This document shows, piece after piece, positions 1 through 11,494 of a DNA stretch of 64,000 bases; position 1 is the first letter of the stretch; each line of letters opens with the position of its first letter. Origin of the DNA: Hypanus sabinus (lineage: Eukaryota); assembly GCF_030144855.1 (NCBI RefSeq), contig NC_082736.1, positions 11,098,001 to 11,162,000 of the forward strand, given 5' to 3'. The notes beneath the pieces are model-generated. The model was not told where the DNA came from. It was given only the letters and a program-made list of their open reading frames with translations, and made no database searches. The position numbers and the translations under genes were made by a program.

Positions 1-349
1 TCTTCTCCAGTGAAGATTGAAGCACAATACTTATTCAGCTTCTTTGCCACTGCCCTGTACCCCATTACTACCTCTTCAGCATCATCTTCGAAAGTACTAA
101 TATTGACTTTTGCCTCTCATTTACACTTTGTATATCTGAAGTAACTTTTGGTATCCTCTTTAATATTAATGGCTAGCTTACCTTCTTGTTTGATCTTTTT
201 CCTCTCCTAAACACTTTTATAGATGGTTTCAAAAAGTTTTGTAAATTGTATAACTGAGTGTCAGGGACGTCTCAGAGCAGCTGCTGAGCAATGTTCATTC
301 AGCCAGAGGTGGTGGTACCAGTGGACAGGTAGAAAAGGGATGAGAGAAT

Positions 350-1005
350 ATGTACACAACGCTAGAATAACTCAGCAGGTCAGGCAGCATCTGTGAGAAA
401 AGAGTAGCCAACATTTCGGGCCGAAACCCTTCATCAGGAATGGGGGGAAGAGAGGGCCGAAGCCCAGTAATAGAGATAGGGGAGGGGTTAGGGCCCAGAG
501 GAGCCAGGAGGAAAACCAATCAGAGGAAAGATAAAGGGGGGAGGGGATAAGCAGAAAGGAATGTATAAAGCAGAAAGTAGAGATAAAGGAGCAGGAAGTA
601 GAAAGGGGAGAGAGGCAGAGAGCGACCTGGGAGAGGGGGAGGGAATTACCGGAAATTGGAGAATTCAATGTTCATACCACCAGGCTGGAGGCTACCCAGA
701 CAGTAGATAAGGTGTTGGTCTTCCAACCTGAGTTGGTCCTCATCATGGTAGTAGCGGAGGCCATGTATGGACATATCTAGATGTGAATGAGAGGCAGAGT
801 TGAAGTGGGTGGCAATCGGGAGGTCCTGTCTATTGTGACGGGTGGAGCGGAGCTGTTCGACGAAGCAGTTCCCCAATCTGCGTTGGGTCTCGCTGATGTA
901 GACGAGGCTGCACCGGGAGCACCGGATGCAATAGACAACTCCAGCAGACTCGCAGGTGAAGTGTTTCCTCACCTGAAGGACTATCTGGGGCCTGAAAAGG
1001 GATGA
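350..1005 (-). mobile_element. Penelope-like retroelement 3' portion: GIY-YIG endonuclease plus pseudo-LTR
   Basis: ORF 646..972 (FTCESAGVVYCIRCSRCSLVYISETQRRL...HFN...LGSLQPGGMNIEF) is a Penelope-type GIY-YIG domain. It is followed on the minus strand by a pyrimidine-rich tract and the pLTR motif gatgctgcctgacctgctgagtt, which recurs throughout the window. Confidence 0.85.
406..442 (-). ncRNA. Minimal hammerhead ribozyme motif in Penelope pLTR (stem I decayed)
   Basis: Minus strand reads CTGATGA-A-GGG-TTTCGG-CCC-GAAA-T-GTT. The CUGAUGA/GAAA core and stem II are intact. Confidence 0.55.
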
Positions 1006-1019
1006 GATCCTACAGTGAA

Positions 1020-2690
1020 TATAGAGAGTCAGGGAACAAGTTGACGGGCAGGACCTGAAAGGTTGTAATCACCCAGTTACTCCCCATGCTGTGTGGTAGT
1101 GGTGTTAGGGACAGAAAGTTAGAGCAGATGAATGTGTGGCTGAGGTGCTGGACCAGGGACAGGGTTTCAGGATTCCAGAACATTGGAACCTCTTCTGGTG
1201 CAGAGGTGACATTTACAAGAGGGATGGTTTGCACCTTCACTGGAGGGGGGTCTGTATCATGAGGTTTATTGCTGCTCCCTGAGAGGGTTGAAATTAGATT
1301 GACGGGGATGTGAACCAGAACACCAGTCACTGAATGGAGAGATTGAAGCTAAATTTAATGCTTAGCACTGTAAGGATTGATTTTGAGACAAATACACATC
1401 TGACATGAGTTTGTTTAAAGATCAGCTGCACAGTGTTTCAGGGCCAGTTTGTTCCAGTAAGAGGGAGGGTCAAGGATGACAAGGTTCAGGAACCATGGAT
1501 GATGAGAGAGGAAGCACATTTTGTCAGTGAAGAGTGAGAAGCATATGTAAGGCTTAGGAAGCTGGAATCAACCAGGGTGTTTGAGGACTATATTTAGAAA
1601 ACAGAAGGGAACTCAAGAACATTTAGAGAGCTAGAAACAACGAAGAAAAATCTCTGGTGAGTAGAATTAATGATAATCCCATTGCATTCTGACATTCATT
1701 CTGCTGAAAAGGATACCCAGGGGTGCACTTTGGGAGATCCAACATTAAGGGTGGTTAGACAGTTAATGGTAGGAACATGAATAGTATTGGCAAAGAGAAG
1801 GATGTTGAGATTGACTGTGAGCACAGGTTGACATCGAGGAAAAGTCGGTGTATGGCATGTTTGCCTTCATCAGACAAGACATTGAGTTCAAACACCAGGA
1901 TATAATGTTACAGGTTTACAAAATGCTGGCTAGGCCACAGTGAGAGTACAGTGTACTGAACACTGTATGTGGAAGCATGTGGAGATTCAGGAGCAGGGGC
2001 AGAGGGGGTTTACCAGGATGTCTGGAGGAGGTGTGTGGTGAGGAGAGGGTGGACATGCTGGAACCTTTTCATCTGATGGTATTGGCTCAGAAGAAATTTT
2101 ATAGAAGATTATAAAAATTTGCTTGTCATAGTTAGTGTAGACAGCCAGTAATATTTTTCACAGGAGTGAAATGTCTTCTACTAGAAGGCATGTGTTTAAG
2201 GTCAGAGGAAGAAAGTGAAGGAAGGAGAGAAATGGGGACGGAATGCACTGTCAGGGGTGGTGGCAGAGGCAGAGAGCACAGGGGAATGAATGCTCTCATG
2301 GATTGTATTATAGGACATCAAACAGTCAGCAGGAATAGAGGACTCAATAGGGTTGTAATAGAGGGACATTACAAATTACATCATGTTGACTGGGACGGCT
2401 GGAGTGCTGGTGAGTGACTGAGGAGCTGGTGCAGGGAAAGTGTTTCAGGATTCTGGATCATTGGAACCTCTTCTGCTTCAGAGGTGACATTTACAAGGAC
2501 AGTCTAATATTTTTCGCAGGGGTGAAATGTCTTCTAGAAGAAAACATGTATTTAAGATCGGAGGAAGAATGTGAAGAAAGCAGTGGTGGGGATTTGGATT
2601 GCACTGTCAGGTGTGGTGGCAGAGGCAGAGAGCACAGGGGTATTCAGGGAAGTATTAGACAGACTCAGGAATTTGTAGAGAAGTGACTGG
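1020..2690 (+). mobile_element. Degenerate CR1 LINE fragments (ORF1 esterase and ORF2 3' pieces), locally duplicated
   Basis: HWNLFW/C-RGDIYK-RDGLHL-like esterase motif at ~1180 and ~2460, and CR1 ORF2 C-terminal remnants at ~1850-2200. Confidence 0.6.
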
Positions 2691-2894
2691 TACTACGGTG
2701 CTGAAGAACTCGATCCACCCACCCTGCACAAACCAAAGTCTGATCTCAGACGTCCTCACACAGGGAGCATCTCGGGAGATCTGACCAAACTGACCGTTGC
2801 TTTCGCAAACTGTTCATTTATATTCAGAGGCCTTGGAGGACGAGTTTTTTTTTCAATTGATACCGTCAGTTTCACAGGGTAAATGTGCCTTTGT

Positions 2895-3222
2895 AGACTC
2901 CATAGCCGGACCGCGGAGAGCATTCTGACAGGCTGCATCTCTGTCTGGTATGGAGGGACTACTGCACAGGACGGAAAGAAGCTGCTGATAGTACCCAGGA
3001 CATCTGTAGGGAGCGGAGTCACATAAACGCAGCGTTCATTAATTTGCAGTATTTCTGTGTTTGCACATTAAAAAAAATCTATTCAATATACATGTGTATT
3101 TATGTTTTATTTACTAGTATTTTTCGCTCTCTACTCGATTATGTATTGCATTGAACTGCTGCTGCTAAGTTAACAAATTTCGCGTCACATGCCGGTGATA
3201 ATAAACTTGATTTTGAAATGAA
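2895..3222 (+). mobile_element. Rex1/Babar LINE 3' fragment
   Basis: ESILTGCISVWYG-like translation, then a 3' UTR ending aataaacttgattttgaa. Similar tail at 21700-21810. Confidence 0.6.
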
Positions 3223-3624
3223 AGTCGCAAATATTGTTCAGTGAGGCGATGGGAATCGCTCATGAAGCAAAGAACAGGCGATGTTCCCGCCTGCTGCAAA
3301 CCGGAACGGTCCGGGGTAAAACCGTAATGTGGAACCCAGACAACGCGGTTTTAGGTGATCAAAAGCGGAGTCGTTCAGAGGTCGGAGATTAAATTCACCC
3401 TCCCGGGGCCGACTCCGAAAGTTTATTTCACGACCCTGCGCCTAGTGATCCGCTGACACTTTGCAGGGGGAGAGACCTCCAATCAGCCGGCTGAGGGGAG
3501 AAAATGAGTCGGGACTGAAGCGAACCGGTTTCTGTGCAGACTTATATCAGTTGACCTCCCGGAAGAAACATGTCGAGGCTGTGACAGATACAGGATATCA
3601 AACGGACGGAGATCACCCGCTGCT

Positions 3625-3665
3625 CAGCCCTTTCATGGACATTGTGAGTGGCTCTGAAAAGAGCC
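3625..3665 (-). terminator. Histone 3' stem-loop and HDE (U7 site) of H2A
   Basis: Minus strand: acccaaa GGCTCTTTTCAGAGCC actca, then purine-rich GAAAGGGCTG. Stem-loop at 3650-3665. Confidence 0.95.
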
Positions 3666-3695
3666 TTTGGGTAAACAGGTTCAGCTTACGTCACT

Positions 3696-4127
<432 letters not shown>

Positions 4128-4139
4128 TCACCCCGCTCC

Positions 4140-4340
4140 AACTCGCCCTTTTTATACCTTCTTTGAGAATAGAATCTGATGTTTGTGACTGGTGTGATCC
4201 TGCTTATTCTCATTGGTGAAGAGAAACGTCCCAATCGAAGAACTGCCAGAATCACCAATCAGCAGTCCGTAAAAGCAGAAGCGCGCATAGTAAACGTCTC
4301 ATCAAAGTGCACTGAAATTTGGAAAAAGCCCGCCAAAAAT
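4140..4340 (-). promoter_or_regulatory. H2A promoter
   Basis: TATAAAAA (4149-4156, minus). CCAAT boxes at 4212-4216, 4231-4235 and 4255-4259. E2F-like CCGCCAAAAA at 4330-4339. Confidence 0.8.
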
Positions 4341-4502
4341 CAAACTATTATTAAAATATAATTTGAAATTAAATAATTCCAGACCTGTTTTAAGATTGGG
4401 TCTTCGCATTTCCCTCTGTTACTGAAACAGGGCCCATTTAATACAAATGTAGTTGATATTGGAGTGTCTGGGAACTCAATTCTCTGATTCCTTTCAAACC
4501 TT

Positions 4503-5048
4503 TCAAAACTGTGTGCAGTTTTGGTCCCCTAATCTGAGGAAAGACATTCTTGCCATAGAGGGAGTACAAAGAAGGTTCACTAGATTGATTCCTGGGATGG
4601 CAGGACTTTCATTTGAAGAAAGACTGGATCGACTGGGCTTATACTCACTGGGATTTAGAAAATTGAGGAGGGATCTTATTGAAACGTATACAATTCTAAA
4701 GGGATTGGACAGGAAGATGGTTCCCGGTGTTCTGGAAGTACAGAACAAGGGGTCAGAGTTTAAGAATAAAGGGGAAGCCTTTTAGGACCGAGATGAGGAG
4801 AAATTTCTTCAAACAGAGAGTGGTGGTTCTGTGCAATTCTCTGCAACAGGAAACAGTTGAGGCTGGTTTATTGGCTATCTTTCAGAGGGAGTTAGATATG
4901 GCCCTTGTGGGTAAAGGGATCAGGAGATATGGAGAGAAAGCAGGTACGGGGTTCTGAGTTGGATGATCAGCTATGATCATACTGAATGGCAGTGCAGGCT
5001 CGAAGGGCCGAAGGGCCTACTCCTGCACCTATTTTCTATGTTTCCATG
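4503..5048 (+). mobile_element. CR1 LINE 3' end
   Basis: CVQFWSPNLRKDILAIEGVQRRFTRLIPGM...RDLIETY, the CR1 3' hairpin (ggctcgaagggccgaa) and a (tttctatg) tail. Absent from the paralogous spacer at ~13550. Confidence 0.9.
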
Positions 5049-5468
5049 AACCGAAAAAAAACTGACCCTCAGCTTCTGCCCACAGTCGGTCACTGTGTGA
5101 ACGTTATCAGGTTATAGACAAACGGCTCTTCTCAAATTGTGACCAGCGTCTAGTCTGCAATTTTAAAAAGTTGTTCTATGAAATAGTCATGAGGTCTTCC
5201 AGGCTTGTGTTAAAATGAGATTCAGGTGTTAGCCAACTGCAACCAATAAACTCCTGAAGCCAGAAATAAAACAACAACGGCAGCAATCCTCCGCTTGGCG
5301 TGGATACCGAGTGGGACGGACTGATGTGGAGGGGAGGTAACGATTCCTTTTCACTGCAGTGGGAGTTTATGCCAACCGTGACTTAGCTCTTGTAAAAGTC
5401 ACCGGACATAAAATATGTATAATTTATTATCTAAATGGTAGTACAATTCTATCATTGAAATTGTGAGA

Positions 5469-5484
5469 GGCTCTTAAAAGAGCC
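5469..5484 (-). terminator. Histone 3' stem-loop of H2B copy 1
   Basis: Minus strand GGCTCTTTTAAGAGCC. Confidence 0.9.
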
Positions 5485-5515
5485 GTTGTGTTTTCGATCA
5501 TCTCACTGGCGAGCT

Positions 5516-5758
5516 TTACTTGGAGCTGGTGTACTTGGTCACCGCCTTTGTCCCTTCGGACACGGCGTGCTTGGCCAGCTCCCCGGGCAGCAGCAGGTGC
5601 ACGGCGGTCTGGATCTCCCGGGAAGTGATGGTGGACCGCTTGTTGTAATGTGCCAGGCGGGAAGCCTCACCCGCGAAATGCTCGAAGATATCGTTCATGA
5701 GCGAGTTCATGATGCTCATGGCCTTGGAGGAGATGCCAGTATCGGGGTGAACCTGCTT
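5516..5758 (-). pseudogene. H2B: Histone H2B pseudogene, 5'-truncated (copy 1)
   Basis: [80 protein letters not shown]. The N-terminal tail, start codon and promoter are missing, and several conserved residues are substituted. Confidence 0.88.
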
Positions 5759-6274
5759 TGTCTCTCTCCACTGCCCATTGTCGCTTTGGGTAACACCGTG
5801 GACTGGGAACTGGTGCTGATCACTGGGAGTTGCCGCTGTTGGGTAATTCGGCAGCAAGGAAATCGAAAATACAAAATGGACCATAAATTACAGGCGCAGT
5901 ATTCGGCCATTCAACCTATTGTATCTGGTAGAAAAGCAGATCGAATGAGAAAAACACACACTTGAAAATATGAAACGTTTATGTAATGAAACATGGCAGC
6001 AGGAGATCGAAAGTCATCATGAGAGACCCATTTCAGAGTGAGGGTGAAAGTTGTTTATTGTTATATACAACTGGCTTACAGCAGATTCAAAGACTCACAG
6101 TATCGGAGACAAAACATTCACAGAATAAAATCATACTCTACAGAATTATAAAGAGGTAACAGAATTACAACAAGAGCCAATTGCATTGTAAAGTGGTGCT
6201 ACTGAGGTGGTGATGAGGGTTGTCCATGTTTGTTAAACCACAGAATGTCTGTACCCGTCTGTGAAAGTGTAGAC

Positions 6275-6685
6275 TGTGAAAGTGTGGGTTCATTCTGTAT
6301 CTGTCAGTCTCCGGTACAGTGTGAAAGTGTGGGGTCATTCTGTATCTGTCAGTCTCTGGTACAGTGTGAAAGTGTGGGGTCATTCTGTATCTGTCAGTCT
6401 CTGGTACAGTGTGAGAGTGCGGGGTTCATTCTGTATCTGTCAGTCTCTGGTACAGTGTGAAAGTGTGGGGTCATTCTATATCTGTCAGTCTCTGGTACAG
6501 TGTGAGAGCTTGGGGTTCATTCTGTATCTGTCAGTCTCTGGTACAGTGTGAGAGTGTGGGGTCATTCTGTATCTGTCAGTCTCTGGTACAGTGTGAGAGT
6601 GCAGGGTTCATTCTGTACCTGTCACTGTCTGGTACAGTGTGGCAGTTGGACTTCACACTGTATCTTCCAGTTTCTCATGCAGTGT
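6275..6685. repeat. 45/46-bp minisatellite, 8 good units plus 1 degenerate
   Basis: Unit gtgtga(a/g)agtgtgggg(t)tcattctgtatctgtcagtctctggtaca. Confidence 0.95.
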
Positions 6686-6759
6686 AAATGTATTAAGTTC
6701 TTTCAGATTCAGTCTTACTATTGAACGCTGATTAGATCAAGTTTGCTTCTTAAATAAAA

Positions 6760-7235
6760 TCATACAATGCGATGAGGCCACACTTAACTTGGAAGAACAA
6801 CATTTTCATCTGGGTAGCTTCCAAACTGATAGCATGAACATCAAATCCTTGAATGTCTAGTAATGCCCCCCTCACTAGTTCCCCTCCCCTTTTTCTTCTC
6901 TCACCTTGCCCACCCATCCCCTCCCCCGTGTGCTCTTCCCCCCCTCCTCGTTTCTTTCTTCCATGACCTTCGCTCTCTTTCACCAATCTTCCCAGCTCTT
7001 TACTTCATTCCTCCCTTTCAAGATTCACCCATCACCTTGTTTTCTCTCTCCCTTATCCCCAGCTTTTAACTCTACTCCTCATCTTTTTTGTCTCCAGTCT
7101 TGCCGAATGTTTTTGGACTGAAACATTGACTGTATTTTTTTTGTCCTACAGATGCTGCCTGGCCTGCTGAGTTCCTTCAGCACTCAGCGTGTGTTGCTTG
7201 GATTTCCAGCAACTGCAGATTTTCTCTTGTTTGTG
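6760..7235 (+). mobile_element. Penelope-like 3' fragment with pLTR and degenerate hammerhead
   Basis: EATLNLEEQH/LGSFQTDSMNI-like remnant, pyrimidine tract, cagtc...gaaacattgactg at 7095-7132. Confidence 0.75.
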
Positions 7236-7416
7236 ACACAGTGTTGTATATTGGTATCTCGGGGATGATGTATCTGGTTACATTGAACTACTCTGAATGG
7301 ACTTTGCAGCAGAGCATCCAGAGCAACAAGACCAGACCATCGAATCCAACTCTGGGCTTGTGATAAATATGTAACTTCCCTCGAGTTCTGTGTGTGAGGG
7401 TTTGAATGGTGCGTAT

Positions 7417-8099
7417 TGTTACGAAGGATGAACAACTCTGTTGGGCAGAAGGGTGCAAAAGCGCCCATGCCCCCCCCCCCACTTTTGGAGAATCGCAAAT
7501 CGCTACTATTTGGATGCTGTTATCAAGGAAGTAAGAGAGATAAAGGAAAGCTGCCAGAGCAGTTGTTATTGATAACAGCTCATGAAAGAGAATGAGAGAC
7601 ACAGCTAAGATGGAACGTCTCCTACTGACAAAAGCCATTGATTTACTGCTATTGTCTTGTGGAGAAGGATTGTTTACTTGGTACAGTTCTATTCATTGAA
7701 ACCCCTCAGGGGGCAACCAGAGTGGGCTGGTTTGATGGGTAGATCATCCCAACCTGACTGACACCTGAGACCCTGTGAGTGGGGATAAAAGTGAGGTCTG
7801 GGGTAACACCCCTCAGACACACCAGGAGAAATGCTAGTGAGCATTAGAACCCCACGAGACAGGGTGGGATATCGGAGACTGAATGAAGGATTGGTAATTT
7901 TTAACTCAGAGTGTTTTGTAGCGAGACCGGTGGGGGCTTGTGTGTGTGTCCACCCTTGCCTGGGTGCTGAGTCCACCACGGAAGAACAGTCTAGCTAAAG
8001 GATGGAGGGGTCATATGTGAATGGCCACAACAACAACGCATTGACGGATCAAAATGGTAAATGAAGGTTGGCAAGATAATAGCTGTTACTGTTCACACA

Positions 8100-8145
<46 letters not shown>

Positions 8146-8420
8146 AATTGAAACACCGTGACAAACAACTACCGCAACCTGCATGAACTGAACGGAACTT
8201 TATATTTTCATCTGACAATTCATTATCCCCTAGACAACGATAGAGCTTGTTTCACTAGTGATTATTATTATACTCGCACTTTTAAGTTTAGTATTGTTAA
8301 CGTATATTTGCATTGCTATTATTTTGTATATTTTTGCTAATAAATATTGTTGAAAATAGTATCACCAGACTCGAATGGATACCTGTCTTTGCTGGTAAGA
8401 CACCCAGTTACAGGGTATGT
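7417..8420 (+). mobile_element. Probable solo LTR (boundaries uncertain)
   Basis: TGTTAC start, TATA-like ggataaaag at ~7783, AATAAA at ~8339, non-coding, about 1 kb. No TSD confirmed. Confidence 0.35.
8103..8142. repeat. (TC)n microsatellite
   Basis: Direct reading. Confidence 0.97.
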
Positions 8421-9559
8421 ATTGAGTATCATGTAGCAACATTTGGAGTGATGGAATTGAGAATGATTTTAACTGTAGATATGTAACCAGTGTGTCCACA
8501 CAGTGATCAATGATGGGGCCTCTGTATGATCAGATTAAAATACACACGGGCTGATCAGATCACTGTTGATATGAATGTTGGTGCAGTTGTGGGTGGTGAG
8601 GAAGGTTGTCAAATGGACAGTACTGACATTGAAAGGAAATAAACTGCTATAACGATCACAGAGGGGGAGCAGTGAGAGGACTGGGGGGGGGAGAGGTGTC
8701 TGTGTAGATTAATGTAATGGGTGGAAACATGCAGAATTAACAACCACCAACATTGAGTTGTGTTTCTCTTTAAAAGGCTGGACAGATGTTATGATGTAAT
8801 TATGTCATTTTATTTTAAACTGTGCTTTGTTTCTGTGTTTGGAGGATAATAAATGAGTTGTTACAGTTGTCACTAAACATAAAATGCCTCATGCCATTTT
8901 ATTTGTAAAAACCCACAATAACATACTGGGTACCAGTAGCATTCACACTACAAGAATACCACAGTGTCAGTCTGCAACGAGAAAGCCTGATCACATTCTC
9001 TTCAGGTTCAATGGCATTGCTGACTCCGAGTTTACCACTGCCAAATGCCAACAAATGTGTGTTCATAGTAGGTCTGTGGGAGATACCCAGAATGTGAAGT
9101 TGTACGAATGGAGAGAGACAAACTGAGCCAAGTCACAGCTTGATGAAGGGCAGAGAGGAAAACAGAGAATCTGATGTTGTGTCCTTATGCCTGAACTATT
9201 CTCAGCTGGAAATGTTGATCCAGCAAATTGTGTTCAGCCTCTCCTTAACAGTGTGACATCAGACATCAATGAAAAAAACTAAATAATCTCAGCTGAAATG
9301 TTGTCTTTCACCTATTGGTCTTCTTTGCAAACATTTTACAGGGCAGAAAAGGCAAAGAATTTATGTCTGAGAATCTCAAACGCAACAGTGTGTCTGGACT
9401 CATGTGATTGTCAGTTCCCTGACATTTGAATACTACTAATCATTGAATGTGAAGGAGGAGATGGTTGAGAAGACTGCCCACCAGTCTGAGCAAGGAGAAC
9501 CCCAATACGTGGACATGTCCTTCATCTGACCTGATAAATGGCCACAGAGTTGATACCGC

Positions 9560-9954
9560 TGAGCTGACATTCACTTCCTCTCATTTTGCAAGGGATTCAC
9601 CAGGCCACTGAACCTGCAGATACACCAGCCAGTTCACATGGGGAGAGGGCATTAACCTGCTCTGTGTGTGGGAGAGGATTCATTCAGTCACATGAGCTCT
9701 TACTCCATCAGCCGGGTCACATCGGTGAGCAGCTAGACTTGGCTCAGTTGTCTCTGTCTCTCAGTATAGCTTCACACCTGTTCCAAGCGTGGGAGGAGAT
9801 TCACTCAGTTCACCCATTTTGTGAGGCTCCAGCAAGTTTAAAATACATAGAGGACACACTTCGGTCTTGTGTCAGCAAAGAAATTTACTCAGTCATCCCA
9901 CCTGCAGAAACACTGGCAACTTCACATCAGGGAGGAAGTTTAATAAAGCTCTAG
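9560..9954 (+). pseudogene. C2H2 zinc-finger gene remnant
   Basis: TCSVCGRGFIQSHELLLHQPGHIGE finger, flanked by frameshifted fingers (gggattcac..., cagttcac linkers). Confidence 0.75.
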
Positions 9955-10760
9955 GTGAACATTTTAACCATCATGATGACTGAATCTAGTTGGAAGTTCA
10001 TGTGAGACTGTCAATATCAGATTTTGCAGATATTGTGACTGAACCCTGGTCACTGAGCATTGGAGTGTTTGTTCTGCTGAAGTTAGTCTGAAAATACTCT
10101 GGCATTAATGTTGTGGATCTGTGACAAATTAATCAGCTCGATTTCAAATCTTGTGTCTCAGGAGCTTCCTGCCTGTCACACAGCTAATGTACAGTAGAAA
10201 GGCCACTCAGTTCATCTGGTACCGGCTTTTGTTCCTTTTCTACCCCAGAGCTTTCAAATCCATCACTGCTGTTCACCTGTCACTCACCCTATAATATACA
10301 TTTTGCAACTGCTCAGCTTGTGATACAGAGGTTTACTTTGAATTAAATCCATAACTTTCTGGAAACTGCAGAAGATGAATTCACTAGGGTTTTGTCCCAA
10401 ATAGTCTTCATTCCTCACAGCTCTGGACCAAGGATGACGTCTTGTGTGGTTAAAATCTTCGTGTTCTGCTCTATTCATTGTTTTGGGTCATTTTCACTGA
10501 TTTTGAAGGGCTGTGCCTCACACAGCCAGGCTGTTGCAATACAATGCTGTCCTCTGAAATATGAGCAGAATGGTGGTTAAATATTCGATGGAGCAGAAAC
10601 AAGAGAGCTCCACACTAATGAGGGCTTTGGGACTCCAGACGTGATGGAGCCTCAAGTTTACAGGGTGTAGAAGGAAGGATTCAGACCAGGAGGATGAGGC
10701 TACAAATGAAAGTTCAGAAACATTTGGCAACTGATTGACTAAAAAAGGAGGTTTATATTT

Positions 10761-10915
10761 GCAAAATGCTGGGGGGACTCAGTGGCCCAGGCGGCATCTA
10801 TGGAGAGGAATAAATAGTGAATATTATGGGCCAAGACACTTCATCCTATCTAGACTGTTTATTCCTCTGCTTAGATGCTGCCTGACCTGCTGAGTTCCCA
10901 CAGTACTTTGTGTGT
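10761..10915. mobile_element. Fold-back element made of two inverted Penelope pLTR halves
   Basis: Left arm aaaatgctggggggactcagtggcccaggcggcatctatggagaggaataaatagt is the reverse complement, with mismatches, of the right arm actgtttattcctctgcttagatgctgcctgacctgctgagttcccacagtacttt. Confidence 0.75.
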
Positions 10916-11024
10916 GGTACTTTGCAGATTATTCTCAGCATCTGCTGAACCTCAAGTTTCAAATCTACATTTCTAAGTGAGTGGGACTTAGACATTTTGT
11001 CACACAAACTTCCCGTTGTCATTG

Positions 11025-11490
11025 AGAAACAGGAGAAAATCTGCAGATGCTCAAAATCCAAGGAACACACACAAAATGCTGGAGAAACAAAAAATGCTGA
11101 AAAAACAACGAGGAGTAAATTTTAAAGATGGGGGAGGGGAGCTAGAAACACAAAGTGATAGGTGGAACTCGGAGGGGGGACAGATGAAGTCAAGAGCTGG
11201 GAAGTTGAGTGGTGAAAGAGATACAGGGCTGGAGACGGTGGAGTCTGATAAGAGAACAGAAGGCCATGGAAGTAAGAAGATTGGGGAGGAACACTCGAGG
11301 GAGGTGATGGGCAGGTAACAAATGTGAAAAGGGGATGGGGAATGATGATGGAGGGGAGGCATGACCAGAAGATGAAGAAATCAATGTTCATTCAATCAGA
11401 TTGGAGGCTACCCAGGTGGAATACAAGGTGTTGTTCCTCCTACCTGAGTGTGGCCTCATTGGGACAGTATAGGAGGCCATGGATTGACAT
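11025..11490 (-). mobile_element. Penelope-like 3' fragment
   Basis: EATLR-EEQHLVFHLGSLQSD-MNIDF remnant on the minus strand, plus the pLTR end. Confidence 0.75.
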
Positions 11491-11494
11491 TTCC

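Noticed and set aside
6165-6687. Cys-rich repetitive ORFs (CICQSLVQCESVGSF) and a CRISPR-like appearance
   Set aside because: These are translations of the 45-bp minisatellite. There are no unique spacers and the context is eukaryotic.
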